Part shown: positions 18,669-28,341 of the stretch, one piece after another
Layout of the letters: each line of letters starts with the position of its first letter
Position numbering within the stretch: position 1 is the stretch's first letter
Origin: Candidatus Hydrogenedentota bacterium
GTDB taxonomy: Bacteria; Hydrogenedentota; Hydrogenedentia; Hydrogenedentales; CAITNO01
Length of the DNA: 64,000 nt
Reading direction: 5' to 3'
NCBI GenBank assembly: GCA_029776995.1
Contig: JAKOTZ010000075.1
Location: 2,225-66,224 of the forward strand
Made by a program: the position numbers and the translations under genes
The notes under the pieces: model-generated
The model's database searches: none
What the model saw: the letters and a program-made list of their open reading frames with translations, nothing else
Told to the model about the DNA's origin: nothing

Positions 18669-20660
18669 TCACAGTACCGGCAACCCCGCGGATCGCAGGT
18701 ATTGCCATGTCCCATCATAAAAATCCGGAGCCCGGGTCGGGTCATTCCTGTTACCCGGAGGAACAAAGATTACCATGCCCTGCCGGGCCCGGGTCAGCAG
18801 CACCCGGTAAGCGTTTTTCTGGTATTTCCGGCGTTCTTCCTTTCGGATTTTTTCCCAGCGGGAACCCCTGAACTGAAAATGTCCCCATCCGCCGTCTCCA
18901 CAGCGAAAATCCCCGTCCCAGGCGACCAGGCACCAGTCCAGCTCCAGCCCCTGAATATCGAATTCGCTGGCCGCGTCTTCCAGGTAATAAGAAGACCGCA
19001 CATCGTCCTTTTCGTTCAGAAACCACTGAACCGGATCTATGGCGTACCGCACGTCGATGGCATAGGGTTTCAGGCGTTCCGCCTGAGAAGAGGCAACCAT
19101 TCCATACCGTTCCGCGCCGTACGCTTGTTGGCGCACCCACTCCTTGGCGCCGTCCAGGTCCCGGGTAATGAACACGGGATACCGGTCCAGGATCCGGTCT
19201 GCATATTGCCTCGCCCGGTTTGCATCCAGGTCCAGCAGGGCATTCACGAACCCGGACACCTTCTCGGCGCGGAATGACCGCATCGAAACGTTCAGGTGAA
19301 GGTCATCGCACCACTGTACCTGCCGGGATTCCCGCAAGATCGGCTTCAGGGATTCCGCGCCGAATTCCGGGTCGGTGAATTCCGGGGCCAGGCAGATCTC
19401 CCAGTCGGGAAAACTTCGGCATGCGCTTTCCAGCCAGGCGCCGATACCGGCTTCGCCGGTGTTGATCTCCTGTCCCCCGCCGACCAGGCATACCACCACG
19501 GCCCATTCCCGGTGGCGATCCATGGTCCGGATCAGGAATTCCGGTTCTGAATAATTGAAATCCGAAACCCCTTTTTTCTGCTTCATGAACTGGCAGGTTT
19601 TTTCATAATTCCACGCCCGTTGCGCCTCATCAAATACCGCAACGTGGTCATGGGGAGGGTTATCAGGATCCCGAACAGCTTCATCCCGGAAATGGTGCAC
19701 ATTCTGAATAAAAGATTTAACCCGGGCTCTGATTTCTCCTTTAGTGACCGCCTTTCCGGATTGCTTCTGCCGCTGATGGGCATCCCGGGTCAGGGCCTCC
19801 TGAAGAATGGCCACCAGCGGGCCATTGCCGGAAAGGAACACCGTGTGCTGGTCCAGTTGCGGATCGCTGCGGCGGGCGGCAAGGCTGAGCCCAACCAATG
19901 TTTTGCCTGCTCCGGGAACGCCCGTCACGAAACAGATGGCTTTGCGTTTCCGCGCCGCGCAGTCTTCAATAATGGCTTCAACCTGGCCCGTGGTTCTGGT
20001 GAGGTTCTGGGCGCCCGCGTCATGGCGCGCGATATCCGCCACGCTGTGGTTGTTAAACAGCGCGCGGGCCGCTTCGATCACGGTGGGCGTAGGCTGGTAC
20101 GGCGCGTTTTCCCAGCTGTCCGGGTCAATCCAGTTTCCGGAAACCTGGGAAACTATCTGATGCAACCTGTCTTTCAGCCCGCTTTCGTTGGTCCGAATTG
20201 GATGATACAGCCCGGCAACCCGGCTATGCTCCGCCAGAGTCCATCCCACCGCGGGAGCCTCCGTGGCGACCAGTATCGGCACGACCGCCGCGTCGTGGCT
20301 GCCTTTGTGGAAGTACTTCAGGTCCAGCGCATAGTCGCAAACCTGGTCCAGCGCGTGACGGTAGTAGTAATTTTCCCCTATTTTGAATTCGACCACCAGC
20401 ACAATGCCGTTGATCAGCAGCACTGCGTCAATCCGGCGCCCCATGCGGGGTATTTCAAATTCAAGGTATACGCGGCCATCCAGTCCTGTGAGACTACGCT
20501 TGAGGATGCGGATTTCCCGCATCCACGCGTCCCGCTGCGCCAAAACCATCTCGGCAGAAGTCCGTGACGCAATGCGTCCCAGAATCCTGTCTTCCTCTGT
20601 ACGCAAAAAAGCGGGGATCGTGTCGCCGTACCAGGCCCGCTGTAAAATAGTTCGCGCCAT
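18669..20660 (-). CDS. DUF2075-family protein: N-terminal PD-(D/E)xK nuclease-like domain plus Schlafen/UvrD-like P-loop ATPase
   Basis: RIDAVLL...VVEFK matches the PD-(D/E)xK core. Walker A motif VTGVPGAGKT and Walker B motif VAVFDEAQRAW. The C-terminal block VLLTRARQGMVIFVPPG is typical of the DUF2075 / SF1-helicase-like C-terminus. Confidence 0.6.
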   Translation of the reverse strand: MARTILQRAWYGDTIPAFLRTEEDRILGRIASRTSAEMVLAQRDAWMREIRILKRSLTGLDGRVYLEFEIPRMGRRIDAVLLINGIVLVVEFKIGENYYYRHALDQVCDYALDLKYFHKGSHDAAVVPILVATEAPAVGWTLAEHSRVAGLYHPIRTNESGLKDRLHQIVSQVSGNWIDPDSWENAPYQPTPTVIEAARALFNNHSVADIARHDAGAQNLTRTTGQVEAIIEDCAARKRKAICFVTGVPGAGKTLVGLSLAARRSDPQLDQHTVFLSGNGPLVAILQEALTRDAHQRQKQSGKAVTKGEIRARVKSFIQNVHHFRDEAVRDPDNPPHDHVAVFDEAQRAWNYEKTCQFMKQKKGVSDFNYSEPEFLIRTMDRHREWAVVVCLVGGGQEINTGEAGIGAWLESACRSFPDWEICLAPEFTDPEFGAESLKPILRESRQVQWCDDLHLNVSMRSFRAEKVSGFVNALLDLDANRARQYADRILDRYPVFITRDLDGAKEWVRQQAYGAERYGMVASSQAERLKPYAIDVRYAIDPVQWFLNEKDDVRSSYYLEDAASEFDIQGLELDWCLVAWDGDFRCGDGGWGHFQFRGSRWEKIRKEERRKYQKNAYRVLLTRARQGMVIFVPPGNRNDPTRAPDFYDGTWQYLRSAGLPVL

Positions 20661-21003
20661 GATAGGGTCCCCGAGAACATCACACGGACTGGATTATAGT
20701 TTCAGTCCTGGCAGCAATCTCCACTTTGACCAACCGGGCCTCCCAGGCCCTACCAAACAATCTCGAAAAATATTCCCAAAAACACTTCTACGCCATAGCT
20801 GTTATTGTCGGTCAAAGAATTTTTTCCTGCCGGCCGCTATTCGGACTGGGCATGAAGCAAAAATCATTATTTTTTAGGTTATACGCCCAAAATAACCCGA
20901 ATTTAACGTAAAACTATAATGACATTAATTTCTGTTCGTATAATCACATTGCATTTAGTGATTGTCACCGATAAACACAACCTCGAAAACAAGGAGATGC
21001 GTC

Positions 21004-21180
21004 ATGGAAAAACATGTGCGGGCTCTATCGGTTGCAGCATGCCCAAAACGCAGCGAGTCGTTGCTGGTGACCCAGCAGAAAGTAGCATTGTGGACCTCCA
21101 TTTTTGAAGCGGTAGGCGTTTTGGCCGAAGCTGTCGGTTCATGGGTTGCAATATTCAGCAAGTCAGGTGAATCCCGCTGA
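21004..21180 (+). CDS. Small hypothetical protein (58 aa) with an amphipathic C-terminal helix
   Basis: AAGGAG ribosome-binding site 8 nt upstream of the ATG. Two TATAAT -10-like hexamers lie in the AT-rich tract upstream. No homology recognized. Confidence 0.3.
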   Translation: MEKHVRALSVAACPKRSESLLVTQQKVALWTSIFEAVGVLAEAVGSWVAIFSKSGESR

Positions 21181-21315
21181 CGGTTTTTGCGGAGGAAATC
21201 GGTCAGCGCATAATCTGTTACGCGGGCTTATTGTCTTTTTTAGGGCATTTGCGGGGCTTTGAAAGTCATAAACGCGGGGCTGGTAACCTGTCAACGCATT
21301 GGGAGGCAATTTTCC

Positions 21316-22818
21316 ATGAAATGGTGTAAATGGGCTGGTATCGGGCTGGCAATTTGGGCGGCTGGCATCCTGCCAATTGTGGCGCAGGACAGCGCGCCGC
21401 TGACCGAACGGGAGAAAGAACTGCTTTCGCTGATCGAGACGCTGGAAAGCCGCGTCAGTGCGCTGGAAGCGCAGATAACGGAACTGAAAAAAAACGCGGA
21501 ACAACCCGCCTCCAGCGGAACCGCAGACACCGCGGCAACGCCCCCGGAAGACAGTTCCGGTGAGGCAAAACAGCCTTCCCTGGAAGACCGGGTGGCCGCG
21601 CTGGAAAAAGATAAGGAAGGCGCTCTGAGGCCTTTCTGGAAGGATGGGCTGCGCCTGGAATCCCCGGACGGCCAGTTCAAGCTGAAACTGGGCGGCAGGC
21701 TGTTCATGGATTTTGTGTGGTTCGACCAGGATGAGACGCTGAAACAGGCCCTGGGCGATGAGCAGGACGGCGGGCAGATCCGAATGGGCCGCATTGATCT
21801 CTCAGGCACGATGTATGAAGACGTATATTATCGCCTTGAGTATGAACTGGCCGGCAACAACGGCCCGAACGGTTTCACCGATACCTATATCGGCTATACG
21901 GGCATCCCCGGCATCAGTTCCGTGCAGGTCGGCCACTTCAAGGAGCCGTTCAGCCTCGAAGAAATCACATCGGACCTGTATACGTCTTTCATGGAACGGG
22001 CCCTGCCGGTATCCATAGCGCCGGCGCGCAACCTGGGGATCATGGCCAGCGGCGCCTGGCTGGGCGAACCCAAGCATGAGCGGCTGTTCGCGCAGGCGGG
22101 GCTGTTCCGGGAAACGGACAACTGGCCCAGCGCCAACGACCTGGATGAAACCCGGGGGTGGTCTTTCACCGCGCGCGCGGCCGGACTGCCCTGGTATGCC
22201 GATAAAGGGCGGTACCTGCTGCACCTGGGCGCGTCCTACAGCCGCCGGGACATCGACGGCGCCACCGTAAATCCTTATCGGTTCCAGCCCCGCCCGGAGA
22301 CCGCGCTGTCCCTGTTCCGGTACCTCAATTCCGAAGGTTTCGCGGGATTCAGGCTTCAGGACGCCCGGGCGGAGGACGCGGACCAGTACGGCCTGGAAGC
22401 GGCCGTGGTGCTGGGTCCGGTTTCGGCCCAGGCCGAATACCTGCTGGCAGACGTGAATTCAACCTTCGCCGGCGACCTGCGTTTCGATGGCTGGTACGCC
22501 TTCCTGTCGTGGTTCCTGACGGGCGAAAACCGCTCGTACAGCCACAAGGATGGCACCTTCGGGCGGCTGATTCCGCGCCAGAATTTCGCGTGGGGAAAAG
22601 GCTGGGGCGCCTGGGAAGTGCTGGCCCGGTATTCCACGCTGGATCTTGATGCCGGCATCGTGCGGGGCGGCAGTCAGGACAACCTGACGCTGGGACTGAA
22701 CTGGTACTGGAACCCCAGCACCCGGCTGATGCTGAACTACACCTACGCCGACGTCAGGCATGACCTGTACGAAGGGAACATGGGTATCGTGCAGACCCGG
22801 CTGCAGGTGGATTTTTAA
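21316..22818 (+). CDS. Phosphate-selective porin O/P family outer-membrane porin
   Basis: A signal peptide and N-terminal coiled coil are followed by LKLGGRLFMDFVWFD and alternating beta-strands ending ...RLQVDF, matching the OprO/OprP family pattern. GGGAGG ribosome-binding site before the ATG at 21316. Confidence 0.6.
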   Translation: MKWCKWAGIGLAIWAAGILPIVAQDSAPLTEREKELLSLIETLESRVSALEAQITELKKNAEQPASSGTADTAATPPEDSSGEAKQPSLEDRVAALEKDKEGALRPFWKDGLRLESPDGQFKLKLGGRLFMDFVWFDQDETLKQALGDEQDGGQIRMGRIDLSGTMYEDVYYRLEYELAGNNGPNGFTDTYIGYTGIPGISSVQVGHFKEPFSLEEITSDLYTSFMERALPVSIAPARNLGIMASGAWLGEPKHERLFAQAGLFRETDNWPSANDLDETRGWSFTARAAGLPWYADKGRYLLHLGASYSRRDIDGATVNPYRFQPRPETALSLFRYLNSEGFAGFRLQDARAEDADQYGLEAAVVLGPVSAQAEYLLADVNSTFAGDLRFDGWYAFLSWFLTGENRSYSHKDGTFGRLIPRQNFAWGKGWGAWEVLARYSTLDLDAGIVRGGSQDNLTLGLNWYWNPSTRLMLNYTYADVRHDLYEGNMGIVQTRLQVDF

Positions 22819-22844
22819 AGCATAAAAACTGGGGACCGGCGCAG

Positions 22845-23891
22845 TCAGAAGCGCATGCCGACGGCCGCGCCCCACCAGAAATTCCAGCCGTCCCGGGCGG
22901 CCAGTCCGCTGGTGTAGTCGGCATCGAATTCCAGTCGAAGGTGGAGGCGTTCACCTACAGGACGGATCAGGGCGCTTTCCGTAAAGAGCGCCACGGCTGT
23001 TCCATCCGCATCCGCAAACAGATCGCCGCTGTGCGTCAGCAGCGTGTTGCCGAAGAGATACCGGTGAAGGCGCAGTCCCAGATGCCCCCCGACCATGGAA
23101 TCACTGGAATCCTCCGCTCCGGAACGGTCGCGGTACCGCTCCGTGACGCCGCCCACACCCAGATACACCGCGGCATCCCCCCTGGCATTTTCCGGAAACA
23201 GCGACCGGTACAGGCCCAACCCAAGAAATGCCCGTCGGCTCAGCCTGCCGTCGTCCGCCAGGGCATTGCGCGTGTACCCTCCTCTTAAGTACGGTTGAAT
23301 CCCGCCTTCATTCCCCTGAATTATGCCTCGAAACTGTTCCCGATCGCCCTGATCCCGTACCGCTCCCTCCGCGCTGACTCCCCAGTCAAAGGGCAGTTCG
23401 CCCCCGCCGCCCAGCTCCAGCCTGCCGGATACGCCCGGCCGGTCTATTTCTCCCACGCCCCCGGCCCCTGCGCCTACCGACAGGCTGCCGCTGATGGGCT
23501 GATCGGTTAACTCCGGCGCCGCGCCGGCAGTTTCCGGAAGCGCTGTCGCGGAAGCAAGGGTTTCCAGCGCCAGCGGCTGAACTGTTCCGTTCAGAAGACG
23601 CAGCGCCGGCCGGCCTTCGGCATCCGCGCAGAACCGGCCGTACAGCACCGTCCCGTCTCTGGCGGTCACCATAAAACTGCGGCGGGTACTCAGCGCGGTA
23701 ATGCGGTCGACCGGCGCCACGATACGCCCGCCCATGGCCGTACGGAAAACCGCGGAGCTCTCCGTGATTTTCACCAGGGTGCCGGAAAACATTTCCCCGC
23801 CGGCCAGGCCCAATACATCCTGCTCGGCCGCTATCGCCTGCAGCGCCGCGGCCCAGCAGATTAGCAATCCTGTCCACTTCCGCGCTTTCAT
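22845..23891 (-). CDS. Outer-membrane beta-barrel protein (DUF481-like), C-terminal Phe
   Basis: Signal peptide, Gly/Asp-rich beta-strand pattern, and an aromatic terminal residue (F). Confidence 0.4.
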   Translation of the reverse strand: MKARKWTGLLICWAAALQAIAAEQDVLGLAGGEMFSGTLVKITESSAVFRTAMGGRIVAPVDRITALSTRRSFMVTARDGTVLYGRFCADAEGRPALRLLNGTVQPLALETLASATALPETAGAAPELTDQPISGSLSVGAGAGGVGEIDRPGVSGRLELGGGGELPFDWGVSAEGAVRDQGDREQFRGIIQGNEGGIQPYLRGGYTRNALADDGRLSRRAFLGLGLYRSLFPENARGDAAVYLGVGGVTERYRDRSGAEDSSDSMVGGHLGLRLHRYLFGNTLLTHSGDLFADADGTAVALFTESALIRPVGERLHLRLEFDADYTSGLAARDGWNFWWGAAVGMRF

Positions 23892-25012
23892 GGTGCGGTT
23901 TCCGGAGGCGCCGGTTTCATGGCCGCCGCGGACTCGCCGACGGTCTCCTGCTGTCGCGAAAGGGCTTCTCGCCGCAGTTCACTCAGAGCCACCCCTTCGC
24001 TCCACAGGCTCCAGAGCCCAAAACACACAACCATTATCAAGTTTACCAGATGCCCGGCTATGGCCAGCGCCCGGGCCGTATCCAGCGGAATGCCCGGATA
24101 CGCGAGGATGAGTCCGCAGACAATCCCGGCGTGAAAAGGTCCCACGAAACCCGGAGGACCCGGCACACTGATGAACAGGGCCAGCAGGGAAAGCGTCACG
24201 AAAGCCGTGTACCAGGGCAGATCCAGCCCAAACGCCTTGAACAGGGCGACGTGCGTCATCAGGAATACGCCCCACAGCGCCAGGTTCGCCGCCAGCGCCC
24301 CCGCCAGATACCGGGGACGCCGCACCACGCTCAGTCCCTCCGCCACCCGGCGGATGAGGCGTTCCAGCATCCGGGAAAACCCCGGCCAACGGCCGCCAAA
24401 CAGTTTGTTGACGCTCCGGATCAGCAGGGGGGCAAACAGGTACGCCATCAGCATGACAGCCGGCGCCACCGCCAAAGCGGCCAGAATACTCCGGAATGCC
24501 GCCCGCAGCCGTTCCGGCGTCAGCAGCGGCCCGTAGACGGCGCGCCATTCCTCCGGAAGCGGTACCGCCGCCAGCTGTTCCGCCGGATAAACCCACGCGA
24601 ATACGGCAAATACCACGGCCAGTCCCGTCACATCCGCCACGCGGTCTGCCGCCACGTAGCTGATCCCCCGGCTGACCGGCACGCCGGCCGTCCGATTCAA
24701 CGCCAGCGCGCGGATTACCTCCCCAAGCCGGGCAGGCAGCACAAAATTGGCCAGAAAGCCGATCTGGGTGGCGTGGAACAGCCGGGCGAAGGGGATATGC
24801 TCATACGCTCCTACGATACACCGCCACCGGAGCACCCGAACCGCGAAACTGACCGCCACCAGCATCAGCGCGGCCAGGGTCCACCAGGGATTCATCGCCG
24901 CGAATGCCTCCCCAACCGCTCTCCAGTCTGTGCCGCGAAAGAGCAGCCATACGAGAACGGCCCCGATCAGCAGCCCCCCCAGCCCATGAAGCATCCCGGA
25001 ACGTCGTGACAT
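23888..25012 (-). CDS. Flippase-like / lysylphosphatidylglycerol-synthase transmembrane-region family membrane protein (UPF0104)
   Basis: The N-terminal pattern LLFRGTDW..V......NPWW...A....V.S....R..RW matches the LPG_synthase_TM family. Overlaps the downstream OMP gene by 4 nt. Start is uncertain (25012 or 24994). Confidence 0.5.
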   Translation of the reverse strand: MSRRSGMLHGLGGLLIGAVLVWLLFRGTDWRAVGEAFAAMNPWWTLAALMLVAVSFAVRVLRWRCIVGAYEHIPFARLFHATQIGFLANFVLPARLGEVIRALALNRTAGVPVSRGISYVAADRVADVTGLAVVFAVFAWVYPAEQLAAVPLPEEWRAVYGPLLTPERLRAAFRSILAALAVAPAVMLMAYLFAPLLIRSVNKLFGGRWPGFSRMLERLIRRVAEGLSVVRRPRYLAGALAANLALWGVFLMTHVALFKAFGLDLPWYTAFVTLSLLALFISVPGPPGFVGPFHAGIVCGLILAYPGIPLDTARALAIAGHLVNLIMVVCFGLWSLWSEGVALSELRREALSRQQETVGESAAAMKPAPPETAP

Positions 25013-25154
25013 GAACAGTGTCCACCTGACCGGTGTCCCGACCGCGCGGAACCACCCGGCATTATCCCAGCGCGCGACAAAGTATATCATATGGGCTGAA
25101 TTGCTTTATCCCGGCGCGTGTCCTGGAGCGCCGAAGAGCGCAGGTTATAGCGGA

Positions 25155-25811
25155 ATGAACATATCCAAACCCGACAAAAACACGGCGGCCGAGCGGCTCG
25201 AACGGGAACTGTCGCTGGCCCGCTCCTGCCGGCTGTGCGAGGGAACCCTTCCGCTGGGTCCCCGTCCCGTACTGAGGGGAAAAGCCAGCGCCCGGATGCT
25301 GATCGTCGGCCAGGCCCCGGGAACCAAAGTGCACCGGACGGGCCTGCCGTGGAATGACCCCAGCGGAGACCGCCTGCGGAAATGGATGGGTATTGACCGA
25401 GACCGGTTCTACGATGAATCCCGTATCGCCATCATTCCCATGGGGTTGTGTTATCCCGGACGGGACAGTCGGGGCGGGGACCTGCCGCCACGTCCCGAGT
25501 GCGCGCCTTTATGGCATCCCCGCCTGCGTCCGCTTTTTCCGCACATCCGCCTGACCCTGCTGGTGGGACGGTACGCCCATCAGTACTATCTCGGAGAACG
25601 GTGCGGCCCGGACGTGACAGAAACGGTTCGGCGCTGGAAGCATTACCTCCCGGAATTCTTACCGCTGCCCCACCCATCTTTTCGGAATCTGCTCTGGCTG
25701 CGCCGCAACCCGTGGTTTGAGGCGGAAGTAATCCCGGCGCTGCGCGCCATGGTCGCGGAGCTGCTTGAAACGGCCGAAAAACAGGATAATGGAAACCATT
25801 CGGGGCAATAA
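25155..25811 (+). CDS. Uracil-DNA glycosylase superfamily protein (family 4/5-like)
   Basis: C.LCE...P...P..G...A.imiVGqAPG......G.PfvG..G is the family-4 UDG signature (CRLCEG...LIVGQAPG). Confidence 0.65.
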   Translation: MNISKPDKNTAAERLERELSLARSCRLCEGTLPLGPRPVLRGKASARMLIVGQAPGTKVHRTGLPWNDPSGDRLRKWMGIDRDRFYDESRIAIIPMGLCYPGRDSRGGDLPPRPECAPLWHPRLRPLFPHIRLTLLVGRYAHQYYLGERCGPDVTETVRRWKHYLPEFLPLPHPSFRNLLWLRRNPWFEAEVIPALRAMVAELLETAEKQDNGNHSGQ

Positions 25812-25930
25812 TAAACCAAGGGCTTTCCGGTCCAGTCAGATACGGAAGATAAAACTGCATCCTGGGGAAGCCCGCATGCTGAACCGGGCTTAGCCTCAAT
25901 CTGGCGCGGCTGGCGCTGAAGGATCCTGAG

Positions 25931-28309
25931 ATGCTGCGAAAATTGCTGAAGGTCACACTGGTTATCGCGCTGCTGGGCGGATTGGCCCTTTGCCTCTTTA
26001 TTACGGGAATAATTCTTTACGTTAAAAGCATTTCCCAGGCCCGGCCGAACCAGCTGGTTACGGAGGCCATGCCGGGCCTGTACGGCGGGGAGGTCAATGT
26101 ATTCTCGGGAACCGGCGGCTATTTTTACATGTGCGGCCACAATACCCCGGCGGCGTGCGTCCCTTTCGGCATGGTCCGGCTCGCGCCGGACACCCTGAGC
26201 GCGCTGCTGAATATCCCCGGACTGAACCGGTCAGGCTATTACTACAATGACAATAAAATCACGGGCTTCAGCCATACCCGGCTGGTAGGGGCGGATGCCG
26301 CGGAGGGCGGGGTGCTGCGGATTCTGCCCGCGCCCGCGGATGCCGCGGCATCCATGCTGCGCCGCGGCCGCCGATGGGTCCGGTTCAGCCACCGGGATGA
26401 GCGGGGATTTCCCGGATACTACGCGGTCCGCCTCTACCGCGGCAGGGTGCTGGCTGAAATGACCGCTTCGCCGCGCTGCGGCCTGCACCGGTACGCCTTT
26501 CCGTCCGGGGAAATCCCCTGTCTCCTGGTGGATCTGACCAGCGCGCTGGGCGACAAAGGACGGGTAGAAAACGCGGCCGCCCAGTTTTCATCGGATCACC
26601 TGGAACTTTCAGGGTCTCTCACTACCTTCGGTTCGTTCTCCGGCCGGTATGGCGGGTTGCCCATGCATTTCGTCGCGAGCTTCAGCGAACCGCCGGAACG
26701 GTGCGAACTCTGGCGGGGCCGCGAAAACCTGGGAACGGCCTGGCAGGCTGCCGGAGAACAGGCCTGTTTGGCGCTTTATTTTCCCGCGCGGTCGGATCAG
26801 GACAGGCCGATTGAGGTTAGGGTAGGGCTCTCAGCGGTCAGCGTGGCCGGAGCCCGGGCAAACCTGGATGCCGAGATGGCCGACCGGCCGTTTTCTGAAG
26901 TGCTGGATCGTGCTAAGGAGTCATGGGAACAGGTCTTGTCCCGCATTCAGGTGGAAGGCGGAACACCAACCCAGCGCCGGATCTTTTACACAGCCCTGTA
27001 CCGGGCATTCCAGATGCCGACGGTATTCTCCGATGTGGACGGCCAGTACCCTGGCTTCGACGGCAACATCCATCGGGCGGACGGTTTTGTCTACCACACC
27101 GATTTTTCCCTGTGGGACACCTTCCGCACCGTCATGCCCCTGTATTACCTGATCGCCCCGGAAGAATCCCGGGATATGCTGCGGTCCCTGCTGGCCATGG
27201 CGGAACAGGGTGGAGGGTTCCCGCGCTGGCCGTCAGGACGGGGATACACCGGCTGCATGTTCGGCACGCCGGCGGACATGGCGGTCAGCGAGGCCTGGCT
27301 GAAAGGGCTGCGGGATTTTGACGGGGAACGGGCTTATGCCCTGCTGCGCCGGGTGGCCACCGACGGGCCTCCACCGGGATCCAGGGTTCCGGGGCGTGAC
27401 GGCCTGGCGGAATACGCATCCCTGGGCTGGGTGCCCGGAGACCGGTATAAAGGATCCGTCGCGAAAACCCTGGAATATGCCTGGGGCGACCATGCCCTGG
27501 CCGGGCTGGCAGAGGCGCTCGGGCACCGGGAAGATGCCGCAATGTTCCGGAACCGCGCGGAGCGTTGCAGGTCCCTTTGGGATCCCGGGAAACGGTTCTT
27601 TCTCCCGCGGGACAGCGCCGGAAAATTTATCGATTTCCCCTTCGATCCGCTGAAACTGACCTATACGGATTTCAAGGGAGAAATGACCCGCGCCTACGTG
27701 GAGGGCAGCGCCATGCAGTGGCGCTGGGCCGTGCCGTTCGATCCGGAGGGACTGGTTGCGCTTTTCTCTTCGCCGGAAGCGTTCGCGCGGGAACTGGAGG
27801 CCTATCTGGCCGGGATGCGCCCGGAAAAAGGATGGTGGCATCCCGGCGGAAACTACTGGCATGGAAATGAGCCCTATTTCCACGCGCCGTGGCTGTTTAT
27901 CTTCGCGGGACGGCCGGACCGGACTCAGTACTGGGTGCGGCACTGCCTGAATACCCGATATGGCGATGACCCCGTGGGACTGGACGGCAATGACGACGGC
28001 GGTACCCTGTCCGCCTGGTACGTCTGGAGCGCGCTGGGCATTTACCCTCAGGCGGGATCCGACCGGTACTGGCTGGGGGCGCCGCTGTTCAACCGGATTT
28101 CCGTGCGACTCGAAAAGGATCGCCGGCTGGAACTGATTGCTGAAAACCACAGCAGCCAGGCTGTGTATGTCCGGGAGATTCTGGCGGACGGAGCGCCGGT
28201 TCAGCGTTGGACCATGGACCACCGTACCCTCACCGGCCTGAAAACCTTGCGGTTTGTGCTCTCGGATACCCCCGGCGCCGGCTCCCCAAATGGGGAACCG
28301 AAACCGTAA
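25931..28309 (+). CDS. GH92-like alpha-mannosidase family glycoside hydrolase
   Basis: An N-terminal TM/signal region. The block HTDFSLWDTFRTVMPLYYLIAPE..LLAMAEQGGGFPRW resembles the conserved GH92 FS.WDTYRA.HPL region. The ~790 aa size fits. Confidence 0.6.
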   Translation: MLRKLLKVTLVIALLGGLALCLFITGIILYVKSISQARPNQLVTEAMPGLYGGEVNVFSGTGGYFYMCGHNTPAACVPFGMVRLAPDTLSALLNIPGLNRSGYYYNDNKITGFSHTRLVGADAAEGGVLRILPAPADAAASMLRRGRRWVRFSHRDERGFPGYYAVRLYRGRVLAEMTASPRCGLHRYAFPSGEIPCLLVDLTSALGDKGRVENAAAQFSSDHLELSGSLTTFGSFSGRYGGLPMHFVASFSEPPERCELWRGRENLGTAWQAAGEQACLALYFPARSDQDRPIEVRVGLSAVSVAGARANLDAEMADRPFSEVLDRAKESWEQVLSRIQVEGGTPTQRRIFYTALYRAFQMPTVFSDVDGQYPGFDGNIHRADGFVYHTDFSLWDTFRTVMPLYYLIAPEESRDMLRSLLAMAEQGGGFPRWPSGRGYTGCMFGTPADMAVSEAWLKGLRDFDGERAYALLRRVATDGPPPGSRVPGRDGLAEYASLGWVPGDRYKGSVAKTLEYAWGDHALAGLAEALGHREDAAMFRNRAERCRSLWDPGKRFFLPRDSAGKFIDFPFDPLKLTYTDFKGEMTRAYVEGSAMQWRWAVPFDPEGLVALFSSPEAFARELEAYLAGMRPEKGWWHPGGNYWHGNEPYFHAPWLFIFAGRPDRTQYWVRHCLNTRYGDDPVGLDGNDDGGTLSAWYVWSALGIYPQAGSDRYWLGAPLFNRISVRLEKDRRLELIAENHSSQAVYVREILADGAPVQRWTMDHRTLTGLKTLRFVLSDTPGAGSPNGEPKP

Positions 28310-28341
28310 CCGGTGCCCATCCTCCGCGACGAAGCTTCAGC

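Noticed and set aside
21210-21290. Pho box upstream of the OprO/P-like porin
   Set aside because: Only weak partial matches to CTGTCAT direct repeats (CTGTTAC, CCTGTCAAC) were found. This is not convincing without a position-weight-matrix score.
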